Assembly (NCBI RefSeq): GCF_006345805.1
Contig: NC_043014.1
Coordinates: 15,500,001-15,564,000 of the forward strand
Direction of reading: 5' to 3'
DNA: 64,000 bases
Source of the DNA: Octopus sinensis
Lineage: Eukaryota
The position numbers were made by a program, and so were the translations under genes. Numbering within the stretch: the stretch's first letter is position 1; each line of letters opens with the position of its first letter. Positions 11,560 to 22,430 of the stretch are shown in pieces. The notes under the pieces were generated by a model that was not told the origin of the DNA, searched no databases, and saw only the letters and a list, made by a program, of their open reading frames with translations.

Positions 11560-12583
11560 AATGCACTTCCATCATGTTGTCATTTATTTCTTTCTCTTTC
11601 TTTTCTTCTTCTTCTTCTTCTTCTTCTCCTCCTTCTTACTCCTCCTCTTTCTCCACCTCCTCCTCTTCCCCAATCCCCCACAACCCATTACTTAATGCTA
11701 CAGCAGAAGATATCGTCTCGTTGCCATTTGCATCGTTATATTTATATTCTAACTGCTGCTGCTTCAGGACCAACTGCACCCCCACCATCAAACCACCACC
11801 AAAACCACCACCAACCACCCAACCACCGTTCTCAGTTAGATAACTTGTATGAATCACAACAAAACACTTTTTTCATTCAAGTTCAACAGGATTTGGGTTC
11901 TCCTTCTTTGTCTTCTTCTTCTTCGTCTTCTTCATCTTCATCTTCATCTTCATCTTCTTCGTTATCAGCTGCATATCTTGCATTATTATTACGTCACCCA
12001 TTTCTTTGCTCCTTGGCTGCTGCCATCACCATCACCATCACTACCACTGTTGCCACCTTCATTAGCGACACCACCCCACCACTACCACCACATCCACATC
12101 CACCACCATCAACACAACCACCATTTCCATCCTCATCACCACCACCACCACCACCACCATCACCACCATCAACACAACCACCATTTCCATCCTCATCACC
12201 ACCACCACCACCACCACTATCACCACCATCAACACAACCACCATTGCCATCATCATCACCACCACCACCACCACCACCATCACCACCATCAACACAACCA
12301 CCATTTCCATCATCATCATCATCATCACTACAACCACCACTAACAACAACACAATTACCATTTCCATCACCACCACCACCGCTGCCACTTCCATCGCTGC
12401 TACTTCCACCACTGCTACCACCTCCTCCACCCTTACTCTCACGTACAGGTGGCTGGTATGACTACTCCAAGAGACTTAATACCCCCTGGAGGGGATATTC
12501 ATTCCACATATGTTAGCAGTAACACTGATAACAAAGTCTGTTCTGTTTGCTCTTCCACACACTTCAATTCTTGCTGATGTTCT

Positions 12584-12621
<38 letters not shown>

Positions 12622-14230
12622 CTGATGATGACGATGATGATGGCGATAATGATGATGATGACAATGATGACGAAGATGATGATGATGACGATGATGATGA
12701 TGACGACGATAATGTTGATGATGATGATGATGAGCATGATGATGATGATGATGATGATGATGAAGATGATGATGCTAATGATGCAGATGATGATGATGAT
12801 GATAACGACGATGATGATGATGAAAATGAGAATGATGATGATGATGATGATGACAACGATGATGATGTTAATGATGCAGATGATGATGATATTCATGATG
12901 ATGATATTCATGATGATGATGATGATGATGGTGATGGAGGTGATGATGATAAGGCTGATGATGATGATGATGACTATATTGGTAATGATAAGAGCAATGG
13001 TAGCAAATGATGATACCAAAGACATAGTTATGACGAGGATAATGTACATAATGACATACATGATGACGATGATGATGATGAGAAGCAATGATAATGAAAA
13101 TGATTGTATGATTACAATGATGATGATTATGCAAGCAATGCTAAATACAGAGATGGTGATGAAGATGATGATGGTGATGATGATGATGATGTCAGGGCAG
13201 GGGGATGAAAATCTGGAGAGTTGATGGTGTTGGTAATGGGAAATGATGAGGAAAATGAAGAATGATGGCATCATAAAAGATGGAGTTGGTGGATTGTGGT
13301 TGTAGTGGTGGTGGTGGTGGTGGCAAACACATGGTGATGATACTGATGATGATGATGATGACGATGAAATATTGTGAAAATATTATAAAGGTGAAAGTGA
13401 TGATGATGATGATGACGATGATGATGAAGTGAAGGTGAAAATGATGGTGGTGGTGGTGGCAAAGTTGATGATGAAAATGAAAGTGATGGTGATGATGGTA
13501 ATGATGATGATGATGATGATGACGACAAAAACAACACTGATGATGACGATGACAGCAATGATGATAAAGGTCATGACAATACTGCTGCTGTTGATAGTGA
13601 AGGTGATGATGATGATGATGATAATGATGGTGGTAGTAATGGTGATTATGATGATGATGATGATACTGGTGGTGGTGGTGGTGGTGATGTTGCAGCAATT
13701 AAAATAGCATGGCTACATTGCTACTCACTCAAGGAGAGACTTGTTGATATATTATCAAATAATAACAACAAAAATAAAATTAAAAAAAGAAAAACATATA
13801 GTGGTATGAACAAGATAAATGAACCACCATCACTACCACCATCACTACCACCACCACCACCACCACCATCACTACCACCACCACCACCACCACCACCACT
13901 ACCATCACTAGCACCACCATCACCATCACCATCATCACCACCACCATCACCACCATCACCACTACCATCACTATCACTACAACCACAAATACCAGCACAA
14001 CCATTGAAAGCATGAGAATATCTACTACCACATCCACCACCACCACCACCATCACATCCACTACCATCATCACATCCACCACTACCACCACACAATGATC
14101 ATTACCATCACATCACAATCACTACCATCACCACTACCATCATCACCACCATCTTTCTACCTTTCACAACCACAACCATGGCTAGCACTGCCACCATCAT
14201 CCTCATCTTCATCCCCCACAAGATCTACCC
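11560..14230. repeat. ~2.7-kb compound triplet tract (CTT, CCA, CAT, GAT, GGT) with ~57-bp higher-order repeats at ~12105-12330
   Basis: Direct reading; ccaccatcaacacaaccacca recurs about every 57-60 bp. Confidence 0.9.
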
Positions 14231-14530
14231 TTGTCCAACTCTCTTCATCTTTGTTACAGAGTAAAAGAAGCAACCACTCCTCTTCCTAGAAACCTATTTT
14301 TATATTAGTCATAATAGTTGAGAGAGTTAAGCAGTGGCTCACACATCTAAGTAGGTGTCTACATATACACATACATACATACATACATACATACATAAGT
14401 ACATACATACATACATACATATAAGTATATATATACATATATATATAAACAATTGCAGCGTGGAAGGTGTTTGTAAGCCATTTAAGAAACACACAAAAGC
14501 CGTTCGATTCACTTCAACATTTAAGTTTAA

Positions 14531-14580
14531 TTTGTCAAAATATTTTGGTCACTAAAATCCGCGACCTGTTCACTGACAAA
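14531..14580 (-). ncRNA. Hammerhead motif, G3-C8 variant (G12>A, likely inactive)
   Basis: TTTGTCA GTGAACA GGTCGC ggatttta GTGACC AAAA TAT TT TGACAAA. Confidence 0.55.
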
Positions 14581-14599
14581 GATCCGTGCGGCATCTCTT

Positions 14600-14649
14600 T
14601 TTGTCAGTGAACAGGTCACGGATTTTAGCGACGAAAATATTTTGACAAA
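14600..14649 (+). ncRNA. Hammerhead motif, G3-C8 variant
   Basis: TTTGTCA GTGAACA G GTCAC ggatttta GCGAC GAAA ATAT TT TGACAAA; one stem II mismatch. Confidence 0.6.
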
Positions 14650-14665
14650 AGACGCAGCACAGATT

Positions 14666-14715
14666 TTTGTCAGTGAACAGGTCGCGGATTTTAGCGACGA
14701 AAATATTTTGACAAA
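14666..14715 (+). ncRNA. Hammerhead motif, G3-C8 variant, intact stems
   Basis: TTTGTCA GTGAACA G GTCGC ggatttta GCGAC GAAA ATAT TT TGACAAA; 7-bp stem I, 5-bp stem II. Confidence 0.7.
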
Positions 14716-14871
14716 TTAAACTTAAATGTTGAAGTGAATTGAACGGCTTTTGTGTGTTTCTTAAATGGCTTACAAACACCTTCCACGCGGCAATTGTTTT
14801 CGTTCCAGCACACGATCTCAGATCAAATCACTTGCTATGCGAGTACATCTCCGTAATATATATATATATAT

Positions 14872-15059
14872 AATGATAAATATCAAAGTGAGTTATATAC
14901 AGTAGCGGTAACACATCGTGACGTATATTTGCCATTTCAATATGGCTACCCCTAAGGGTGGATGCTACTGTACTGACAGGACACAGAAAGTGTGTCTATG
15001 GCCAGCTGGAGGAGTGTGTCCTCCTGGGGCTAAAAACTACAGTAGCATCCACCCTTAGG
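14872..15059. repeat. Fragment of repeat family B plus an inverted fragment, fused to array A
   Basis: 14872-14972 matches the 21.1-22.2 kb unit; 14971-15059 is the reverse complement of an overlapping part of it. Confidence 0.9.
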
Positions 15060-15309
15060 TCGTGTATCAATAGCTATCTTGATGGCGGTGGCCTCATGGA
15101 GCTGACCATGGCAGCGATTATTCTTATATCTATAAGAATGCCATATTAATATGGCGATAACAATTAATTTCCAGTAAATGCTGCCATAATCTCTTTTATA
15201 GAGACTTAGTAATTTTAATATTTCTATTATTGAAAACAAGTGGATGTATTCCACTGAAACTAGGTAAATATAAGCCTTCGAACAGAGACGTCAGTGGCGA
15301 CACCTGCGG

Positions 15310-15369
15310 GTCTGACTGCGCTACATTGACAAGGGGCAATACCCCGAAACGCGTCTGTAGCTGTCGGAC
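15310..15369 (+). ncRNA. Type I hammerhead ribozyme, U3-A8 variant
   Basis: GTCTGAC tgc GCTACA TTGACAA GGGG caata CCCC GAAA CGCG TC TGTAGC t GTCGGAC; predicted cut after GUC at 15355. Confidence 0.85.
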
Positions 15370-15925
15370 TGGCAGTGTGAAGCGGCTGACCTCCCTTGTT
15401 CGAAGGTTATAATGGATACAGATCGTGTATCAATAGCTATCTTGATGGCGGTGGCCTCATGGAGCTGAGCATGGCAGCAATTATTCTTATATCTATAAGA
15501 ATGCCATATTAATATGGCGATAACAATTAATTTCCAGTAAATGCTGCCATAATCTCTTTTATAGAGACTTAGTAATTTTAATATTTCTATTATTGAAAAC
15601 AAGTGGATGTATTCCACTGAAACTAGGTAAATATAAGCCTTCGAACAGGGACCTCCCTTGTTCGAAGGTTATAATGGATACAGATCGTGTATCAATAGCT
15701 ATCTTGATGGCGGTGGCCTCATGGAGCTGAGCATGGCAGCATTATTCTTATATCTATAAGAATGCCATATTAATATGGCGATAACAATTAATTTCCAGTA
15801 AATGCTGCCATATCTCTTTTATAGAGACTTAGTAATTTTAATATTCTATTATTGAACAAGTGGATGTATTCCACTGAAACTAGGTAAATATAAGCCTTCG
15901 AACAGAGACGTCAGGGCGAACTGCG

Positions 15926-15983
15926 GGCTGACTGCGCTACATTGACAAGGGGCCATACCCCGAAACGCGTCTAGCTGTCGGAC
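15926..15983 (+). ncRNA. Second array-A hammerhead copy, 2-nt deletion in stem I
   Basis: GCTACA TTGACAA GGGG ccata CCCC GAAA CGCG TC TAGC. Confidence 0.6.
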
Positions 15984-16245
15984 TGGCAGTGTGAGTACAT
16001 TGACACCACCACCCTCTGTCTGACCCCCGAAACCGCCATGTACGTGTGACTGAATACTGATCCCTTGTTCGAAGGTATCATGGCTAGCTTAGCTATCTTG
16101 ATGGCGTGGCCTCATGGAGCTGACCATGGCAGCGATTATTTTATATCTTAAGAATGCCATATTAATATGGCGATAACAATTATTTCCAGTAAACGCTGCC
16201 ATAATCTCTTTTATAGAGACTTAGTAATTTTAATATTTCTATTAT

Positions 16246-16289
<44 letters not shown>

Positions 16290-16399
16290 TATATATATAT
16301 AAATATTATATATATATATATATATATATGTTACTTGAAGATAGATATGTTACTTATAGATATGTTACTTGAAGCCTTTGACGAAGTGGAAGGGGGTAT

Positions 16400-18560
16400 A
16401 GCTACACATGGGGTAGAAGACACTGGACGTTTCTGAGGGACAACCTGCTGAAAGCCGCTGACCAGATCTGTGGCTGGTGCAAAGTCCCCTTAAGACCCAA
16501 AATAACATGGTGGTGGAACAATATTGTTGATAGGGCTATTAGACAAAAGAAACAGGCTTGGAAGGCCTGGAAGAACGGTGGTAGCGGGAAGTGTATCAGA
16601 CTGCCAGAAGGGAAGCTAGGAGACAGGTCTATAGCCAGAGGGGAAGCAGATAAAAGAAAATTTGCCAATGTCCTGCGCCGTGAGGATGAAAGACTTGAGG
16701 TATTTCGTGTTGCAAGACAGTGTGTGAGAGAGAATCGAGATGTGGTAGGAGAGAAATGTGTTCGCATGGAGGATGGTTCACTTGCGTTAAATGAGGATGC
16801 AAAGAGAGAAGCTTGGAGACGCCACTATGAAAGGTTGCTGAATGAGGAAAATGAATGGGATAAAGAGAGTCTGCCGAATGTTGACCCAACAGAAGGACCA
16901 GCTATCCGAGTTGATAGTTCCGTGGTAGCTAAGGCAATTAGAAGCATGAAGACAGGGAAAGCCCCAGGCCCATCAGGAATTACTGCAGAGATGCTCAAAA
17001 TATCTGGTAGTGTCGGCTATAGCATAGTCACCCGTATAGTTAACCAGGTGATACACGAAGGAGTCATACCCAATGACTGGTGTAGCAGCATAATAGTCAA
17101 CTGCTACAAAGGTAAAGGCGATGCCCTAGATACAATAACTACAGGGGCATCAAGCTGGGATCAGGTAATGAAGGTTACGGAGAGGGTTATAGCCCAGTTA
17201 ATTAGAGAGAGAGTTAGCTTAGATGATATGCAGTTTGGGTTCGTGCCAGGGAAAAGTACTATACTGATGCTATATTCCTGGTAAGACAGCTGCAGGAGAA
17301 ATACCTAGCCAAAGGTAAGCCCTTGTACCTGGCTTTTGTTGACTTAGAGAAAGCCTTTGACAGGGTCCCCCGATCCCTTATCTGGTGGTCAATGAGGAAA
17401 CTAGGGATAGATGAATGGTTAGTGAGAGCTGTGCGAGCCATGTACAGAGACGCAGCTAGTAAGGTGAGGGTTGGCAACGAGTACAGTGAAGAATTCCGGG
17501 TAGAGGTTGGGGTCCACCAAGGTTCAGTCCTCAGCCCCCTCCTATTTATCATAGTCCTCCAGGCAATAACGGAAGAATTTAAGACAGGATGCCCCTGGGA
17601 GCTCCTATATGCTGATGACCTTGCTCTAATTGCTGAGTCACTATCAGAACTGGAGGAGAAGTTTCAGGTGTGGAAACAAGGATTAGAATCGAAGGGCCTT
17701 AGAATCAACCTAGCCAAAACCAAAGTCCTAATAAGTAGGAAGGTGGACCAACCACAAACGACTTCAGGTAGATGGCCCTGCTCGATCTGTAAAAAGGTGT
17801 AGGTAGAAACTCTATAAGGTGCACCAAGTGTAAGCTATGGACACATAAGAGGTGCAGCAATGTCAAAGGAAGGCTAACTAAGAAAATAGTTTTTGTCTGT
17901 GGCAGATGCTCAGGAGAAATAAACAATGGAAATGTGCAGAGTCCAACTTCTACCACGTTCCAGGGAGACAAACTAGAAGTAGTTGATAGCTTCCGCTACC
18001 TAGGAGACCAAGTCAGTAGCGGGGGTGGGTGTGCTGAAAGTGTAACTGCTAGAGTAAGAATAGCCTGGGCAAAGTTTAGAGAGCTCTTACCCCTGCTGGT
18101 GACAAAAGGTCTCTCGCTAAGAGTAAAAGGCAGACTATATGATGCGTGTGTACGTACAGCCATGCTACATGGTAGTGAAACATGGGCCGTGACAGCTGAG
18201 GATATGCGTAAGCTTGCAAGAAATGAAGCCAGTATGCTCCGATGGATGTGTAATGTCAGTGTTCATAATCGTCAGAGTGTAAGTACTTTGAGAGAAAAGT
18301 TGAACCTAAGAAGTGTCAGTTGTGGTGTGCAAGAGAGACGGCTGCGCTGGTATGGTCATGTGACGAGAATGGCTGAAGATAGTTGTGTGCAAAAGTGCTA
18401 CAACCTAGCAGTTGAGGGAACCTGTGGAAGAGGTAGACCCAGGAAAACCTGGGACGAGGTGGTGAAGCACGACCTTCGAACTTTAGGTCTCACTAAGGAA
18501 ATGACTGAAGACCGAGTCCTATGGAAGTGTGCTGTGCATGAGAGGACCCGGCAGGACTAG
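16400..18560 (+). pseudogene. RTE reverse transcriptase ORF, few frameshifts
   Basis: GKAPGPSG, QFGFVPGKST, AFVDLEKAFDRVPR, GVHQGSVLSPLLF, LLYADDL, FRYLG, MLHGSETW, LRWYGHV, RGRPRKTW. Confidence 0.93.
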
Positions 18561-20890
18561 TCAGGCCATATCCCATGGCCCCTACCTGGGACGTAGTCGA
18601 TCCACCTGTGCATACCTTCCTCTTGTGACACTTGTGAAGACCTGCTGAGGCAAGTGAAAATCAATCAAAATAGATGAACATCAATGGAATTTGTATCTTT
18701 GTGGTACCAGTGCCTGTGGCACACAAGAAAACCATCCGAACGTGGCCGTAGCAGTACCGCATCGACTGGCCTCCGTGCTGTGGGAACATGGTGGCACCAA
18801 AAAACACCATCCGAAGACCCGGCAAGACTAGTCAGGTCATAACCCGTGGGCCCTACCTGGGACGTAGTCAGTCCACCTGTACATACCTTCCGACTTGTGA
18901 AGACCTGCTGAGGCAAGTGAAAATCAAATCAAATCAAAACAAATCAAAATAGATGAACATCAATGGAATTTGTATCCTTGCCGGTGGCACACAAGAATCC
19001 ATCCGAACGTGGCCGTAGTCAGTACCGCTTGTGGTACCAGTGCCGGTGGCACACAAGAATCCATCCGAACGTGGCCGTAGTCAGTACCGCATCACTGGCC
19101 ATCGTGCTGTGGGCACATAACAAACACCATCCGGTCGTGGCCGTTCGCCAACCTCATCTAGCACCTGTGTCGGTGGCACATAAAAACACCTTCCGAAGAC
19201 CCGGCAAGACTAGTCAGGCCATAAACCATGGCCCCTACCTGGGACGTAGTCAGTTCACCTGTGCATACCTTCCTCCTTGTGATACTTGTCAAGGCCTGTT
19301 GAGGCAAGTGAAAATCAAAGGCCTGTTGAGGCAAGTGAAAATCAAAGGCCTGTTGAGGCAAGTGAAAATCAAAATCAAATCAAATCAAATCAAAACAATC
19401 AAAATAGATGAACATCACTGGAATTTGTATCTTGTGGTACCAGTGCCGGTGGCACACAAGAGAAAACCATCCGAAAGTGGCCGTAGCCAGTACCGCATCG
19501 ACTGGCCTCCGTTCTGTGGGCACATGACAAACACCATCCGATCGTGGCCGTTCGCCAGCCTCATCTAGCACCTGTGTCGGTGGCACATAAAAACACCATC
19601 CGAAGACCCGGCAAGACTAGTCAGGCCATAACCCATGGCCCCTACCTGGGACGTAGTCAGTCCACCTGTGCATACCTTCCTTCTTGTGACACTTGTGAAG
19701 ACCTGTTGAGGCAAGTGAAAATCAAATCAAAACAAATCAAAATAGATGAACATCAATGGAATCTGTATCTTTGTGGCACACACTTTGTGGTACCAGTGCC
19801 GGTGGCACACATGAGAACCATCCAGTGCCGGTGGCACACACTTTGTGGTACCAGTGCCGGTGGCACACATGAGAACCATCCGAACGTGGCCGTAGCCAGT
19901 TCCGCATCGACCGGCCTCCGTGCTGTGGGCACGTAACAAACACCATCCGATCATGGCCGTTCGCCAGCCTCATCTGGCACCTGTGTCGGTGGCACATAAA
20001 AACACCTTCCGAAGACCCGGCAAGACTAGTCAGTCCACCTGTGCATACCTTCCTTCCTTCTTGTGACACTTGTGAAGACCGGTTGAGGCAAGTGAAAATC
20101 AAATCAAACAAATCAAAATAGACAAATAGATGAACATCAATGGAATTTGTATCTTGTGGTACCAGTGCCTGTGGCACACAAGAATCCATCAGTGCCGTAG
20201 TCAGTGCGGTGGGCACATGACAAACACCATCCGATCGTGGCCGTTCGCCAGCCTCATCTAGCACCTGTGTCGGTGGCACATAAAAACACCATCCGAAGAC
20301 CCGGCAAGAACTAGTCAGGCCATAACCCATGGCCCCTACCTGGGACGTAGTCAGTCCACCTGTGCATACCTTCCTTCTTGTGACACTTGTGAAGACCTGT
20401 TGAGGCAAGTGAAAATCAAATCAAAATCAAATCAAAACAAATCAAAATAGATGAACATCAATGGAATTTGTATCTTTGTGGTACCAGTGGCCGGTGGCAC
20501 GTGCATATAAGAAAACCATCCGAACGTGGGCGTAGCCAGTACCCATCGACTGGCCTCCGTGCTGTGGGCACGTAACAAGCACCATCCGATCGTGGCCGTT
20601 TGCCAGCCTCATCTGGCACCTGTGTCGGTGGCACATAAAAACACCATCCGAGCGTGGCCGTCTGCCAGCCTCGTCTGGCACCTGTGTCGGTGGCACATAA
20701 AAAAACCATCCGAGCGTGGCCGTCTGCCAGCCTCGTCTGGCACCTGTGTCGGTGGCACATAAAAACACCATCCGAGAGCGTGGCCGTCTGCCAGCCTCGT
20801 CTGGCACCTGTGTCGGTGGCACATAAAAAACACCATCCGAGCGTGGCCGTTTGTCAGCCTCGTCTGGCACCTGTGTCGGTGGCACATAAA
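18545..20890 (+). repeat. Six ~270-410-bp tandem units plus ~5 x 60-bp subrepeats in the RTE 3' UTR
   Basis: gacccggca(a/g)ga at ~18545, 18816, 19198, 19605, 20014, 20298; 27-bp x3 at ~19290-19375; 60-bp units 20620-20890. Confidence 0.9.
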
Positions 20891-21065
20891 ATCACCCACT
20901 ACACTACACTCTCGGAGTGGTTGGCGTTAGGAAGGGCATCCAGCTGTAGAAACACTGCCAGATCTGACTGGACTGGTGCAGCTTTCGGGCTCCCCAGACC
21001 CCAGTTAAACCGTCCACCCATGCTAGCATGGAAAGCGGACTTAAATGAGATGATGATGATGATGA

Positions 21066-21105
<40 letters not shown>

Positions 21106-21269
21106 TATATATCGTGACGTATATTTGCCATCTCAATATGGCTACCCCTAAGGTGGATGCTACTGTAGTTTTTAGCCCCAGGAGGACACACTCCTTCAGC
21201 TGGCCATAGACACACTTTCTGTGTCCTGTCAGTATTTGCAAAGGGAAGTCATCCTTCCCGTCTCCAACT

Positions 21270-21330
21270 TATGATACACACGGACTCGAGTTTCGAGGTA
21301 TTGACCTCTCGTCAGCGTGTGACAATCATA
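21270..21330 (-). ncRNA. Type I hammerhead ribozyme, canonical core
   Basis: TATGAT tgt CACACG CTGACGA GAGGT caat ACCTC GAAA CTCGAG TC CGTGTG t ATCATA; predicted cut between 21283 and 21282. Confidence 0.92.
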
Positions 21331-21619
21331 GTTTGCGGCGAGAATTAGATTTCCTTCACAAATACTTATACTTTTTCCAGCGTCCACTGTCGCTGATATT
21401 GAAAAAGTGAAATCAAACAATGATAAATATCAAAGTGAGTTATATACAGTAGCGGTAACACATCGTGACGTATATTTGCCATCTCAATATGGCTACCCCT
21501 ATGGGTGGATGCTACTGTAGTTTTTAGCCCCAGGAGGAACACTCCTCCAGCTGGCCATAGACACACTTTCTGTGTCCTGTCAGTATTTGCAAAGGGAAGT
21601 CATCCTTCCGTCTCCAACT

Positions 21620-21680
21620 TATGATACACACGGACTCGAGTTTCGAGGTATTGACCTCTCGTCAGCGTGTGACAATCATA
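21620..21680 (-). ncRNA. Type I hammerhead ribozyme, copy 2
   Basis: Same sequence as copy 1 over the motif. Confidence 0.92.
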
Positions 21681-21969
21681 GTTGTCGGCGAGATTAGATT
21701 TCCTTCACAATACTTATACTTTTTCCAGCGTCCACTGTCGCTGATATTGAAAAAGTGAAATCAAACAATGATAAATATCAAAGTGAGTTATATACAGTAG
21801 CGGTAACACATCGTGACGTATATTTGCCATCTCAATATGGCTACCCCTAAGGGTGGATGCTACTGTAGTTTTTAGCCCCAGGAGGACACACTCCTCCAGC
21901 TGGCCATAGACACACTTTCTGTGTCCTGTCAGTATTTGCAAAGGGAAGTCATCCTTCCCGTCTCCAACT

Positions 21970-22029
21970 TATGATACACACGGACTCGAGTTTCGAGGTA
22001 TTGACCTCTCGTCAGCGTGTGACATCATA
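21970..22029 (-). ncRNA. Type I hammerhead ribozyme, copy 3
   Basis: Identical core; 1-nt deletion in the distal stem I region. Confidence 0.9.
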
Positions 22030-22247
22030 GTTGTCGGCGAGAATTAGATTTCCTTCCCAAATACTTATACTTTTTCCAGCATCCACTGTCGCTGATATTG
22101 AAAAAGTGAAATCAAACAATGATAAATATCAAAGTGAGTTATATACAGTAGCGGTAACACATCGTGACGTATATTTGCCATCTCATATGGCTACCCCTAA
22201 GGGTGGATGCTACTGTAGTTTTTAGCCCCAGGAGGACACACTCCTCC

Positions 22248-22291
<44 letters not shown>

Positions 22292-22350
22292 ATAAATAAT
22301 ATATATATATAAATATAATATATATATATATATATTAAAATATATATATT

Positions 22351-22406
<56 letters not shown>

Positions 22407-22430
22407 TATATATATATATAATATATATAT
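22248..22430. repeat. (AT)n microsatellite
   Basis: Direct reading. Confidence 0.95.

Larger units (their letters stand above)
14449..14835 (+). mobile_element. Fold-back element (Penelope pLTR-like) with three hammerhead motifs at its centre
   Basis: 14449-14580 is the inverted complement of ~14666-14788; 3' extension to ~14835; (AT)n on both sides. Confidence 0.85.
15060..16247 (+). mobile_element. Tandem array A (units ~363, ~262, ~400 bp + partial); retrozyme-like
   Basis: Unit starts tcgtgtatc at 15060, 15423, 15685; hairpin-rich; HHR in units 1 and 3; ends in (AT)n. Confidence 0.85.
16372..21069 (+). mobile_element. 5'-truncated RTE-clade LINE with tandemly expanded 3' UTR
   Basis: RT ORF to 18560, repeated UTR to ~20890, tail ending ...gcatggaaagcggacttaaatgagatgatgatg; (AT)n at both ends. 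Confidence 0.92.
21111..22247 (-). mobile_element. Tandem array B (3 x ~350 bp + partial); non-LTR retrozyme-like
   Basis: atcgtgacg at 21111, 21462, 21810, 22161; one canonical HHR per unit; (AT)n on both flanks. Confidence 0.9.

Noticed and set aside
11329-14289. Long His/Met/Ile/Pro/Val-rich overlapping ORFs
   Set aside because: Triplet repeats open several frames at once; not evidence of coding
15890-16200. Small indels in array A unit 3 as biological variants
   Set aside because: Scattered 1-2-nt deletions resemble long-read consensus error; not interpreted
18545-18700. Ribozyme in the RTE UTR unit
   Set aside because: Small hairpins only; no HHR, HDV-like or twister core recognised on either strand
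18963-20885. ORFs of 130-223 aa in the RTE UTR
   Set aside because: Products of GC-richer tandem repeats; no domain, frames inconsistent among units
20620-20890. CRISPR-like regular 60-bp repeats
   Set aside because: No unique spacers, no cas genes, eukaryotic; part of the RTE UTR
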